Shown here: piece after piece, positions 15,465-27,699 of the stretch
Numbering within the stretch: position 1 is the stretch's first letter
How the letters are laid out: each line of letters starts with the position of its first letter
From: Anthoceros angustus
Taxonomy: Eukaryota > Plantae > Anthocerotophyta
Length of the DNA: 64,000 nucleotides
Assembly (NCBI GenBank): GCA_010909165.1
Contig: MU008158.1
Span: forward strand, 308,581-372,580
Direction: 5' to 3'
The notes under the pieces: model-generated
What the model was told of the DNA's origin: nothing
The model's database searches: none
The model's input: only the letters and a program-made list of their open reading frames with translations
Translations under genes and position numbers: made by a program

Positions 15465-16429
15465 TTGATGTTTGTATGTGTGGAGGAAGAGATGTCCAGC
15501 AAGTTGTGATGATAGGGGATGTATGTATGTGTGGAGGAAGAGACAGCAAGTTGTGATGATGCTACTTGTGGATCATTGCATTTTGCATAGAATGTACTTG
15601 CTATAATTTCTGAAGTTGCTGAGTGAGCTTGGAAGTCGAACAACGTTGTCTGATGGATTAGAGCCTCCACCGCGAGTGTGCTAAAGTAGAGGAATTGGAC
15701 TGGAAGATGAGCGAGCAAATTTTATCATGCTTGCAAAACCACAGGGCTGTTCTGGTGATGGGCACTTGAAGCACCACTTGAGCTGATCCCATAAAAACAG
15801 ACTCTTGTGATGGGAAAAGCTTTGGAATGGTTAGTTGCGTAAAGCACATTAGCAAGCTCTTTCACTCCCTCCTCCCATCCTCACTCCCTCTCTCAGCCTC
15901 CATATACCTACCTATACATGGCACTTCCGGCCTTCGTGGTACTTTTTTGAAATATCCAATTTATATTATAAATGATATATCTAAAATCGTTTTAAGATTG
16001 CATCTTTTGGTTTATCAAACACATCCCCAAAAGTGGCCACAGCCCTGCCTGGGGTTCTGCCGTTCTGCCTTGAGTCGACCTTCCACCTCGATGGAGCAAG
16101 CTGAGGGGACGAGCTGTCCAAAGGTGAGGATGTGGAACGTAACCGCAAGCGGAACCGTGGTTTCCAACATGTGGAACTGAGGTTTCCGACAGGGGACGCC
16201 AGTAGTGCACATCTTGCGCCGTAAGCACCTACAAATTCAAAGTCTGTGAGTGGCCGGTGCACAGGGCCTAGCCTAGTAGCAAAGCGTGCGAGCTCTCAAG
16301 ATTGTTCTTGTTGCATCCAATCGCTGGTCTGATACTACACACCAATCGTGGTGGACTGGACAGCAGCCAAGAGCCGAAAGCCATGGTGACCAAGGTCCTG
16401 ACCGTAATCGAGCCCTGCAATATGAAAGA

Positions 16430-17005
16430 TGATGGGATGGAGAACTGGATGCTAGACACCCGCGTGCACGTGGGCATCATCCCCGTGGAGCAGCCCTCCT
16501 CGCGATCGGACGCCACCAGGGACTTGGCCCCGCCGGAGCGGGCCTGGGACCTGGTCTTCGTCTACCGCGGCACGCAGCCGTCCAGCGTCACCAACTGGAT
16601 CACCTACTTCACCTTCGTGCAGGAGCCGGTGGACGACTACATCCTAAGGCACCACAACCCCAAGGCGCAGAAGCCATCAAGCGGGCCATCAAGCGCCTCC
16701 ATCCCCGCCCGATCGCCAGGCGCTCGGCCGACGCCGGCGAGCAGCCCGTCCTCAAGGCCGGAACCGGAGCGGGTCTGGAATCAGACCCAGATGGGTCCGG
16801 GCAGCTGGACGAGCTCCACCGGCGCATCGGCGAGCTCAAGAGGTCCATCCAGGAATTCGAGACGACCCACACCGGGCCTGTCCTCCTCTTGGCGAGCTCG
16901 CCCGGAGAAAGGCGCGGGGACGGGTACTCGGCGCCGGTGGTGAGGCGGCTCCGAGACCGGCCGCGGCAGATAGTGTGCACCGGGCGCCCTGGCCACCCTG
17001 GACGT
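16430..17005 (+). pseudogene. Class 3 lipase relic
   Basis: DLVFVYRGTQPSSVTNWITYFTF matches the lipase-3 'RGT…NW' segment. At 16970-17000 IVCTG joins by frameshift to GALATL, so the GHSLGG nucleophile elbow lacks HSLG. Frameshifted, and ends just before a LINE tail. Confidence 0.6.
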
Positions 17006-17913
17006 GGTTCCCAGCGTGCCCCTCTCCGTGCCCGTTTTCGAATACCAGCATTATAAGATCTGCGATGTGCAGGCTAGGACACAACAACAACAACAACTTT
17101 ATTTATGTCCACTAAGGATGGAGGAACTATCGTGGGACAGAGATGTCCAGCGTAAAAGAGGTTAAAAACCGAGTACACTTACGTATGAACTAGAGAAACA
17201 GTTCCTGTACGAGGGAAAAAGAAAAGAAGGCGAAGACTACAAGGAGTCCAACAAGGACTGCCGAAGATCGATCAAGAAGCTCAGAGAGACATAGTCCAGA
17301 GAGCCTAGGAATGTGGGAAGAAAAAAATCTGCGCAGCGAGAAGCCGGCACACTCAAAAAGAAGAGAGTAACGAGACCAATACTCCAAGACAGGCGTGATG
17401 TGAAAAGAGGAAGAGTGATTCGATTCAGGATCCAAGGAGCAAAGCTTGCAGATCCTTTCGTCTTGGGGAGGGGTAGGCTTAAGCCAACGGTCGGTCTCAA
17501 TCCGGAGGTGGTGGGAGCTAACACGAAATTGACCTATGAGTGTGCGGAGTTTGAAGAATAGGGGAACCGAGGTAGCAAGGTGGTAGGAAATTTACTGAGG
17601 GAGGATTAACTCGGAGCTCGTCTTTGTAAGCGGAGTCTAGAAGTGAGAGGGGGAAAAGGAAAGAGGGGACCGGTGAGGCGAAGGTATCTTAATTTAAGGG
17701 CCCCGCGAATGGAGTGGTTGGGGATGTGAGAAAGGGGAGTTGGGAGGAGGGAGAGGCCAAGGTGGAGTCGAAAAGGTTCAAACTCAATCTTCTAAGCCGT
17801 TGGCAGCTTGAGAAAGCCAAAGAAAAGAAGCTTGTGGGTCAAGATTGAGCCGAAAGGAGGACGAAGGCAAGGAGGTGGTAAGGGGGATCCAAAATGGGAT
17901 TAGCAGTATCAAG

Positions 17914-20266
17914 AACATGATAATTTTTGAAGGGGGGAATATAGTAACCCCTTCGGTCGAGATGACCACACGATGTACACCCTTCCCGTAATAAAGATAT
18001 CCCTACTTTGATAATGCGCACACCCTTTCTCGAGGTCATACCTTTGATAAAAGACGACTTTCAAGTCTACACCGAGAACTGGAGCACAATAGGGTGTGGG
18101 CCTGCCCCATTTTTGTAGAATGCATAGAGGGCTGCCATTTTCATATGTTTATTACAACCGAAAACTTTTACTTTCAAGTGGTGGAACACAATGAAAACAA
18201 TCCTGTACTAGCGGGAGTCTCATTTCAATGGTCGTGAGAACATTGCAACAAACAACTGCTAAAGGAGGAAGTGGTCATCAGCATCGACAATAGTCATTCA
18301 AGAGTGCGGCCTGGCGACTCATCCATGCCTTGCGCCGAAACTGAGTCAAGTACCACCGCCATATTCCGGAGGCGGTCCATATCCTCCGCCTCAAAGTTGT
18401 CGTTCTCCTCCATTGCTTGCTCGTCTTCAATAGTATCATTCTTGGGCCCAGTCGTGTCGGCGACCACATACATCTAGTCTGTGACCCTCATCCAAAAGGT
18501 CGCGATCGTGGTCTTCAACCTTCCGCACTCAATGCAACCACTTGGGCTTTAAGGCAATGCCAACGTCCTTAAATGAACAAAGTTAGTTGCCCATGCGCCC
18601 ATGCAAGCATCCTTAAAATCAACAAAATTGAGTTATAAATGAGTTTGAACACGAAATCGATTCATTACTACACTTTGAATTACTTTTTGAACACGAAACA
18701 TTCATTACACTTACCCAAACACTTGACCAAGCATGTTGCACTTTTTGAGGCGCTAAATATTTATTTTCTTGAAGATGAGGAGTTTACCGCCGGCCGCCCA
18801 TGGGTAGGCAGGGAGGGCGCCGGCCGGCGCCCATGGGCGGCATGGCGCACCGGCGCCCATGGGTGGTGTGTTAGGGGAGGGCGCCGGCCACGCCCCATGG
18901 GCGGTGGCGTGTTGGGGGGCCGGCCGGCCCATGGGCGGTGGTGTGTAGGAGGGCGCCGGCGGCGCCCAAGGTGGTGGGCCGGCGCCATGGGCGGTGGGAG
19001 GGTGTGCTAGGGGAGGGCGCTACCCACGCCCCATGAGCAGCATGCCGGGGAGGGCCGGCCGGCCCCTCCCTTAGCACCATCCTACGGTGCATGCGGGTGA
19101 AGCTAGGGGGACAAGAAGGGGCGGTGTATCCTAGCAAGAAGGGTTAAAAGATTTGCGTCCATAGGTGATTGAAGAGTACAAGTGGTGGGAAGCCTTTGGG
19201 TGGACGGAAGGAGATTGCTATCATTGTGGAGAATAACATTGGGCTAGTGCTACGTCCTTGGAAGTGGTTTTCACGCGTAAGTGGATCATACACCACTTCA
19301 AGTGCGGATGAAGCTTTGCTAGATGAGGCATTATTGAGGGACCTCCCATAGCGTGATATGTACTTGGGGGCATATCAAAATGCCGGAAGGCAAAAGTGGG
19401 AATGGCGATGAATGGGGACATAATGGAAATCTTGAAGGGGATGTTTGGCGGTGTGCACTATGGACACGCATAACAGGCCATTCTGGATTGGGGAGAGTCA
19501 TTGACGCGAAGCTAGATGCACCACGACCTCACTTTCTTATCCACTGGTATCGGACCGAGCACACAGATGCGTATGAAGGGAGATATGTGTAGGAATACAT
19601 AGTCCGAGTGCCAACCCATCTGTCTGATGCCGAGGAAAAAAGGGAATAAGGTCCATTACCAAAAACATACAGAGGTGTTTGTAGATGAAAGCATCTGTAT
19701 TATGGGTTTGTGTTGAACGACTAAACATGTGTATGCGGTGGACAAAAAGCGATAAGGGATAAGCTCTGCGAGTTCTGGCTTCATACAACACTGCGAGTCA
19801 AAGTGTCAAGATAGTGATGACAATGTTGAGAAGTCGGACCAAGTGATGACGAAGGATTGAACTCGTGATGAGTGAAATCGAAATCACTTTGTCCCGGGTC
19901 CCAGAGTGAATGTTGAACGCCTAGTTCCAAATGTTACCGTGTTTTGGAAATACCACATGGCTTTTGTTGTGTCCTTACTAAACCACATTTCCATCCCAAA
20001 AGCGAGTTCTGATCGTCCCTTCGGGGAAGCGGCCTTCCTCACCGCTCCTACTTTGCATTAATCCCTAGGTTCGAGTTTGCAACCACCATTCGAAACATTC
20101 TTTGGATGGAAAGTAGGAACTTTAGTGGGTGACACCCTTTTTTTCGGAGATGTTTTCCGGAATGCCTTAAAAACGCTATTTTAGAGCCCATCAAAAACCC
20201 CCTTCAGAGATTATTTACGGAAAACCCCCTTCGAGATTATTCACCCCTTTCAAAAATTATGATGTT
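17914..20266. mobile_element. Non-autonomous TIR DNA transposon (2,353 bp) with 4-bp TSD, inserted in the LINE
   Basis: Left TIR aacatgataatttttgaaggggg (17914-17936) matches the reverse complement of 20244-20266 at 21/23. Flanked by CAAG at 17910-17913 and 20267-20270. Removing it rejoins the LINE frame (…FLYCLHLL|DTANPILD…). Confidence 0.82.
18090..19084. mobile_element. Probable third nested insertion with a GC-rich palindromic repeat block
   Basis: Ends TAGGGTG…CATCCTA (6/7 inverted match). 18785-19070 consists of repeated gcgcccatgggc/ggccggcc units. No TSD found. Confidence 0.35.
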
Positions 20267-22792
20267 CAAGGAGGTGGAGGCAGTAAAGAAAGGATGAGAG
20301 GCGAAAAAGGCCATCAAGTTCGAGGGGAAAGGCTGCAAATTCAGAAAGGAGGATGGGTAATGGAGTCGAGCGCTTACAAGCAATGTGATCGCGGAGAAAG
20401 GAAGATTGAACCCTTTCCACCTTCGCCCAAGAAGAAGGGGAAAGATCCGGGCCCCAAATTTCAGTGCCATACAAGGCGGAGGGAATTACCATAGTGTTGA
20501 ATACCGCTCAAGATTGATATCCTCAAGATTCATCCTCAGATAAAGAACGGCGCAGCACAAGAGCCCATCCCCTTGGTAGCGGGGAGGAGGCAGGAGGTCC
20601 ATTAAATTTAGGACCGAAAATAGTGATACCAGATAAGTATAACCATCTCCACCTCCCGACCATCATAATAAAATTTGCAATCACCCCTTGTAATCCCGAG
20701 TGTTGAACCGCATAATCTTGGTCTTGCAGATTGACAAAGAGACCCTTGGTTTTACAAAAAGGGATAAAACATCCAGCTTGCTCCGGAATGAGATAAAGAA
20801 CAATATCATCCGTGACATAGGAGGATAGGAATACTTTCCAAATAGCCGAGCACCGTGGTCGCCAGATCAAGAAGCCATTCCTCAAGCTCATCAATATACA
20901 ACCCAAAGAGATTTGGGGACAAAGGTCGCCTCGCGAACGCCAAGTTGGATAGGGATCCGTGGGAAGACAAACCACGGGAGTCTTGATTCGAGCAAAGACC
21001 CTTGTAGAGAAGGGTAGCAAGATGCCACAAATGAGGAGGCATCTTAAGAGATTGAAGTCATCAAAACAACTTATCCCAAGGCACGAGTTGAAAGCACGCT
21101 TAAAGTCAACAAAACAAGAGACGTGCTTCTTCGATGTCGAGCCCCTTCAACAATAGCCGGAGGGTAAAAAGATGATCCAAAGTATTCGACCGGGCGAAAC
21201 CGCTTGGCCCCGAGCACGCACCTTAGCCTCCTCACCGACGGTCAAGATCTCCAAACAAGAGCTAAAGATCTTAGCATAGATAGACTCCACGGTGATAAAT
21301 CGGTAATTAGAAGGGAGATAAGGGTCGCCACCTTGAGAATGGAGTGGATATCATTCTCACACCAAGGATCGTGGAAACCAAAGACAAAGCATCATTAAAA
21401 GAGAGGCAAGATGCGAGGAGAAGGAGGTAGAGTCAAGAACCGGAATAAATGTGGATACCATTAGGGTCGAGTCGTACCACTCGAGCCCGGATAGCACGGG
21501 CAACTAGATTGGCGGAAAACCCGAGACCGTGATCGAGGAATCAAAGGTGGAGGCAGGATGTGGTAAAGACTATGAACATAGGAGAGGAGTTCAGAGTGGC
21601 TTTGAGAAGAATGGGTGAGTGTGGAATTCCTTCCAAAAGGCGTAGCCACCGGGACGCTCGGCAGAGATAAGACGGTGTGTTCACTTGGATGAATTGGGAC
21701 TTTTCATGGAGATGAAGGCTTTGTAAGGCTTGAGGCTTTGTAAAGAGCGGAATGATGGGATCCGGGAGGAGATTAAGTTGGCGCAAAGTGAGATGCAATT
21801 GAGAGCGCATGCGCTAACCGTGATCAAACCGTGGATGGCGGGGTTGGTTTGCACGGGAGGATGGCAAAATTTGAAAGGAAAAGTGGAGCGGCAGAGGTGA
21901 GAACAGAGAGGCTAAGTGGCAGCAAGAAAAGGGAGGTGGGGGAATGGAAGCAAGGGAGGAGCGGAGCAAGTGGAAAATTGGGGTACAAGGTCTTGTGGAA
22001 AGGTGAACTGGTGGAGAGACAAGGAGGGGAGGGGATCCCGAGGGGGCGGAGGAACAAAGATCAAAACAATCAGCAGCATGGTCAGACTCCAAACATGTGG
22101 AGTCCAGAGTCTAGAGCCTAGAAATACGCGAGAGAAGGCCGACGTCACCAATAACATAATCCAACTTGCTAGAAGAGGAACCATCGCTGCTAAAGAAAGA
22201 ATTACTGCGCTGTCCGACCAACGGGGGAGTCCGTTGAAAATGACCATGTTGTGGGATTCAGCAAGACATAAAAGGGCAACACCATAGGAATTTATTGGAT
22301 GGGTGTCAGAGGAAGACCGATTGAGCCCGAGGTCGACAGGATCCAGGTGAGAAAGTTTGTCGAAATCCAAGGAATCATAGATAGCAAATTGTTGATGTGG
22401 TCCAAGCGTTGAAGTCCCCAACGAGAAGAATATCAGCAATAGGGGAAAACTCGGAGATGGACTCAGAGAGATCCGTATATGGTTGAGCATATTTGGAGGA
22501 CCTTGGAGGGAAGTACCAGACGCCAACATATAAGTCACGGTGAGAAGAGAAAAGAGCAGCAGCGAAAAACATGAATATCTGGAGAACGGCCTAAGAGGGC
22601 GGGTATGATGCTCATGAGTCTCTGATAGAAACACAAGATCCCGGCAATCCGGACACGGAAGAGAGCAGAATAGTTTGTGTGTGTAGTATGTAGGTTACAA
22701 ATATGTCTTATACGTACCCGAGGGGTGGTTCAATAGGGTAATGCCGAAATAATTATTTTTTGAAAAAATAAGGTTCAATATATAAAACTAAT

Positions 22793-23100
22793 AGAAGAAG
22801 AAGAAGAATTTTATTTAAGTCCACTAAGAACGGATTTCCGTCATGGGACTTGGGACTTGGTGCTTAACAACTTGTACCATGGTGTACCTAAACTGCTTCA
22901 CCAAGGGCATCCACTCCCTTTAGGCACCCCATCTAAGTACCGATCTAAGCGCAAGATGCCTAAGCTACTTGGTTAGGGCATCCACTCCCTTCAGGCACCC
23001 CATCTAATCAGGCACCTCATTTAAGTACCAAACTATCCGCATGATGCTTAATCACAACGTTCTTATAAATGTGTGTCCATTTGGCCTAAGCTATTTGGGC
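22793..23100 (-). mobile_element. 3' end of a SINE-like/non-LTR element with a (TTC)n tail
   Basis: Minus strand ends …gtcccatgacggaaatccgttcttagtggacttaaataaaattcttcttcttc. Homologous to the copy at 32356-32560. Confidence 0.65.
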
Positions 23101-24737
23101 ACACATAATAATAGATATGTATAGACCGCTTAAACAGGCCCTAATTTTCCACACAAACCCTAGTTTCCCAAACAATCTCTAGTTTCCCAAACAACCTCTC
23201 AGCCTCATTCCGTGCATGTTGCACCAAAGAATAGGAATCCGCTGCTAGGCAATGCACACAAACAACGGTCATGATGTATTATGCAAAAAATGGACCCATG
23301 CCTTAATCAATTTCAAAAGAAGATACGGAATCTGTAAGGAGGTTGCGAAGATACTGAATCTGCCTTGCATTCTAGTGGCCAATAGGCCAATGGTTTTGGT
23401 AATCGAGAAAAGGTTAGTGACTCTAGCCTCAGCTGCCTCCTACAGCTCAAGGTGCATGCAGCCTCGCCCTCGAATTGCAGCACGCTATGGATGGGCTCGT
23501 AGTTGTCGACCAAGAGCCTACTGCGAGTGAGGCCTGATCGAGATCGGGATCCGTGCATTCTCGAGCGATCCCGATCTCGAGGCCTACTCGGTCTCCCAAA
23601 CCCCGCCAGCCCGCTCCTTACCTTTTCCTTGTTTTCGCATCTTAAACTCATAAATTTTTACACATTCAGCGTTTTAAGTATGGTAATTAGTCAGCTTCAC
23701 TAACCTCGAAACCGAGCTTTCTAATGAGTTCAGGGTCCCCATAGCAGTCCAGGATTATCCTCCCTTCAAGCTTTGATGCGACTTGAGGTCATTGAGGCAT
23801 GCAATTGATAAAGAGAGTGCATTAGGAATGACCTGTGTCTAGAAATAATAATTTCAAGACTGGGCATCTCAAGAGGCTTGATCTAATCGGCACCTCATTT
23901 AAGTACCAAACTATCCGCATGATGCTTAATCACAACGTTTTATAAATGTGTGTCCATTTGGCCTAAGCTATTTGGGCACACATAATAATAGATATGTATA
24001 GACCGCTTAAACAGGCCCTAATTTTCCACACAAACCCTAGTTTCCCAAACAATCTCTAGTTTCCCAAACAACCTCTCAGCCTCATTCCGTGCATGTTGCA
24101 CCAAAGAATAGGAATCCGCTGCTAGGCAATGCACACAAACAACGGTCATGATGTATTATGCAAAAATGGACCCATGCCTTAATCAATTTCAAAAGAAGAT
24201 AATGGAATCAGAAGGAGGTTGCGAAGATCTGAATCGCTTGCATTCTAGTGGCCAATAGGCCAATGGTTTTGGTAATCGAGAAAGGTTAGTGACTCTAGCC
24301 TCACCGCCTCCCACTCAAGGTGCATGTACTGAATTAGCAAGACGCTATGGATGGGCTCGAGTTGTTCACCAAGAGCCTCTGCAGTGAGGCTGATCGAGAT
24401 CGGGATCCGTGCATTCTCGAGCGATCCCGATCTCGAGGCCTACTCGGTCTCCCAAACCCCGCCAGCCCGCTCCTTACCTTTTCCTTGTTTTCGCATCTTA
24501 AACTCATAAATTTTACACATCTGCTTTTAAGTATGGTAATTAGTCACTTCACTAACCTCAAACCGAGCTTTCTAATGAGTTCAGGGTCCCCATAGCAGTC
24601 CAGGATTATCCTCCCTTCAAGCTTTGATGCGACTTGAGGTCATTGAGGCATGCAATTGATAAAGAGAGTGCATTAGGAATGACCTGTGTCTAGAAATAAT
24701 AATTTCAAGACTGGGCATCTCAAGAGGCTTGATCTAA
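23001..24737. repeat. Tandem duplication of an approximately 880-bp unit (about 23001-23880 and 23881-24737)
   Basis: Both units begin atctaatc(a)ggcacctcatttaagtacc and end gggcatctcaagaggcttg. The second copy is about 20 nt shorter through scattered small deletions. Confidence 0.92.
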
Positions 24738-25276
24738 CTGCTTGCAGCAAGCCTTCAAAATTTTTGATACCATAAATAGAACAGTGGCTTGAACCAGGAT
24801 AAAACCACCTACCTATTCAGGCGAGTGATGGGTTTACATGGACAAGTAGTAGTCCTGGGTTCAGTACTGTTTTCTATTAGCTGGCAGAAGTATGGTTACT
24901 GGGTTGTTGGAGACCGAGCTTGTGTCATTTTCGTTGCTGGCAGAAGGTGTTCATTGACTACGAGCAAAACGCTCTTGGAAGTTGGAAGCTCACCGCTGCT
25001 CTTGGCCACCAATGCAGTTCATCTGCGAGTTATTTCCGACCTGCATGTGTCCGAAATCAGTTCTTAGTGAACTACTTATCAAAATCGGCTCTTCGTAAAG
25101 TGTTTACATCAAATGTGTCGTAAGACCTAATGGTATTGAAAAAGATATTTCCGTTCACGGATCACACGGCTACACCCTGTGTCATTTCGAAGCGGCTTTT
25201 TTTGCCGGTCCCAGTCAGGTGGTCACGGATAAACCCAGTGTCACTGGGTTCATCCTTCTCGGGCTCCAGCGAGCTC

Positions 25277-26130
25277 CCTTACGCCATCCTTGGGCTTCTC
25301 GACAGCAACACGCGCACGGCACCAAGCTTGCTGCTGGGAACGACATCATCAGGACTGTTCTCCCAGTCCACCTTCTCGTCTGATTCAACATTTTCCTCAT
25401 CACCTACTTTCTTTGTCGGGGCCTGCGAGACTCGAGAGTTCCGAGTTTTGAACGACACAATCAGGACTACACTAGGCTATGATGTGCCACATCCTTGCAT
25501 AGCAATCCGGATACCAACGTAAAGAGTAATCGCGGCCTTTATTTTTGAATACGGTTGGAATATTACCCTCTTTTTGCCCGTTCAAAAGTGATGAAAGAGA
25601 TTGAAAATGACAACAATCATCCAGTCTGCAAGCCCAGGCACATCTTGCTGCTACAGCCCAAGGATGGCGTGAGCCAGGAGGATGCGACTCCTTGCTGGAG
25701 ACCGAGAGGCATTTTTTAAAGCCTAGTATGCACTCGGAAGCAGTGGGTGTCAACATCTATGAGCACAGAACCCAGGGCTACGAGTGGACCTTGTTCAGCT
25801 CGGACCCCAGACAGGTGGCTGTGCAAGAAGAGAAATTGTTGCCACTTGTGGACAATCTGAGTGTGGTTGATCTGGCTAGGCAGTACGCTGCACAGTAGTT
25901 GATGTATGCACTGTATGTGTGGGGGAAGAGACGGCAAGTTGTGATGCTAGTTGATGTATGTGTGGAGGAAGAGAGAGTTGGTTGTCATGATGCTGGTTGT
26001 CATTTTGCATTCCTGTACTTGCTTGAGTGAGCTTGGAAGTCGAAAACCCTTGTCTCATGGATTAGAGTCTCCACCGGGAATGTGCTCGAATCCAGGAACT
26101 GGACTGGGAGAGAAGCCGATTTTATCATGC
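25277..26130. pseudogene. Rearranged partial copy of the Dabb gene: inverted fragment 25277-25370 (-) plus forward 3' part and UTR 25656-26130 (+)
   Basis: 25277-25370 is the reverse complement of about 15110-15203 (WENSPDDVVPSSKLGAVRVLL). 25656-25898 matches 15185-15464 with frameshifts and a deletion. Similarity continues into the 3' UTR. Confidence 0.85.
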
Positions 26131-27699
26131 TTTATGATGTGGGAAGAGGACTCTTCCCACATTCCTTGGACCCCATTTTTCCGAAAAGAAACTGGCAGGA
26201 CTCTATCCAGAGTTTTCAGACTGTGGATACCACGAGAGCCATAACGGCAGAGAGGAACAGGTTCTCAAGAATTTCACGGAATACTCAAAAGCTTTCTGAA
26301 AACGCTGTTTGCCTCGGATGAGGATCCAGAGAAGATGCTCGGGCAAGGTGTCCAGGATATTCCTCGTTCCTGGAAAGCTATCACTAGGATGGATTCAAGC
26401 TGGCGGTCTTCACGATTACATCCAGCCTTGATCGCTGGGTTAGAGGCAGATTGATAGAAACCTATCGATAACTCCAAAGTCGATGGTTCAGATGCTACGA
26501 AGGCTATGAAAGCTCCTATGTTGGTCTGCTACTTTGTCTGGATGATCTGCAGAGCTGAACTAGTAACCACTAGTACTGTAACACAAACGCTGCCACATAT
26601 AGCATCCTTAAACCCCCTTTTATGCCTTGCCTGCTGCCCGTCTTCACCTATCCGAAACCCATTGCAGAAAGAATGTTCCAGTGTGACCTAAATTCTGGAA
26701 CAGCATTGACGTAGTCACAACTGCGAAGGGAGGGTAGGTTCTTTCCCACATCCACATCATAGACGCAGGGACATTTCCTTCTCCATTCTACTGACATACT
26801 GGCAGTGCGCAAGTGTATTTTTCTCTGCCTCTCTGCCCATAAGTTGAACGGGTCACGCGTGATGGGAGGGTTGACAGGGTCGTGCATGATGCATGATGTG
26901 GGGGAGGGTTCATGATTCCCACACAAATCTCAGTAGCCGTCCGAAACGGGGCAGTAGGCAGGTCTACCTATCCGCATTCTAGCAAATTGCTGGGGGAGGT
27001 TACATTCTCAACACTGATTCCAGGGGGAGGCCACATTCAAGCACTGAATTGAAGGTGCAGAGGGAAGCGTGGCATGCCGAATGCGGTAGGCAAATCACAA
27101 TGTTGACAACGCATTAGACTAGGAATAATAAGGGATTGCATGGGCAGAAATTATAGAGAAGCAAAGAGAGCCGTTGCAACCCTAACAAGCAAGCAGCCGG
27201 TCCGTGGTAGCTGGCCTGCATGAAACGGCTGTCTAACAAGGTTCCGTAGCAGTCGGGAAAAAGGAGGCGAAGTTGGCATCCGGGCCAGCCATGGGCTGCC
27301 GTTGGCACCCCAGAGTGACGTTCGTATGTCAGGACAACGCGCCTGGGACTACGATAGCGCTTGCCGTTGGCGTTGCCAGCAAAGCACCGCTCAATTGCTC
27401 ACGCTCCATTTAAGCTGCTCCCTCGCAATTCCTGCAGCCACTTCGCTTCCGCCTCCTTCCCCTCTTCGGCCCTGCCTTGGGACCGACATTGCTTAACTCT
27501 CTGCTCCCACTGCTGAAATTTGGCTCCCAGGCTCCTTCGGCTCAGGTACTGGCCGCCCGGTGTGCAATGTGGCACCTTGCATTGCTCGCAGCTCGGGAAT
27601 GCTTGTGGGCTGATTCTGATTCTGATGCTGGGCTGTTGCTTCCCTTCCCCGCGTGCAGAAATTGGGTGCTGAATTGTTGGGTGCTGCGAGCTTGGCAAC

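Larger units (their letters stand above)
17081..22650 (-). mobile_element. Degenerate LINE (APE endonuclease + RT + C-terminal CCHC-type region; RTEX/L2-like), interrupted by a nested DNA element
   Basis: Endonuclease motifs VFLSETH, ILLVGDFNAWT, NMVIFNG and SDH (about 22640-22070). RT motifs FVDFKRAF, PLSPNLFGLYIDEL, YVTDDIVL and LYGTEIWG (about 21200-20270). C-terminal QFRVSSHHLRIETDRW…ERICKLC (about 17530-17430). AATAAA and a (TTG)n tail at 17081-17105. Many stops and frameshifts. Confidence 0.88.
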
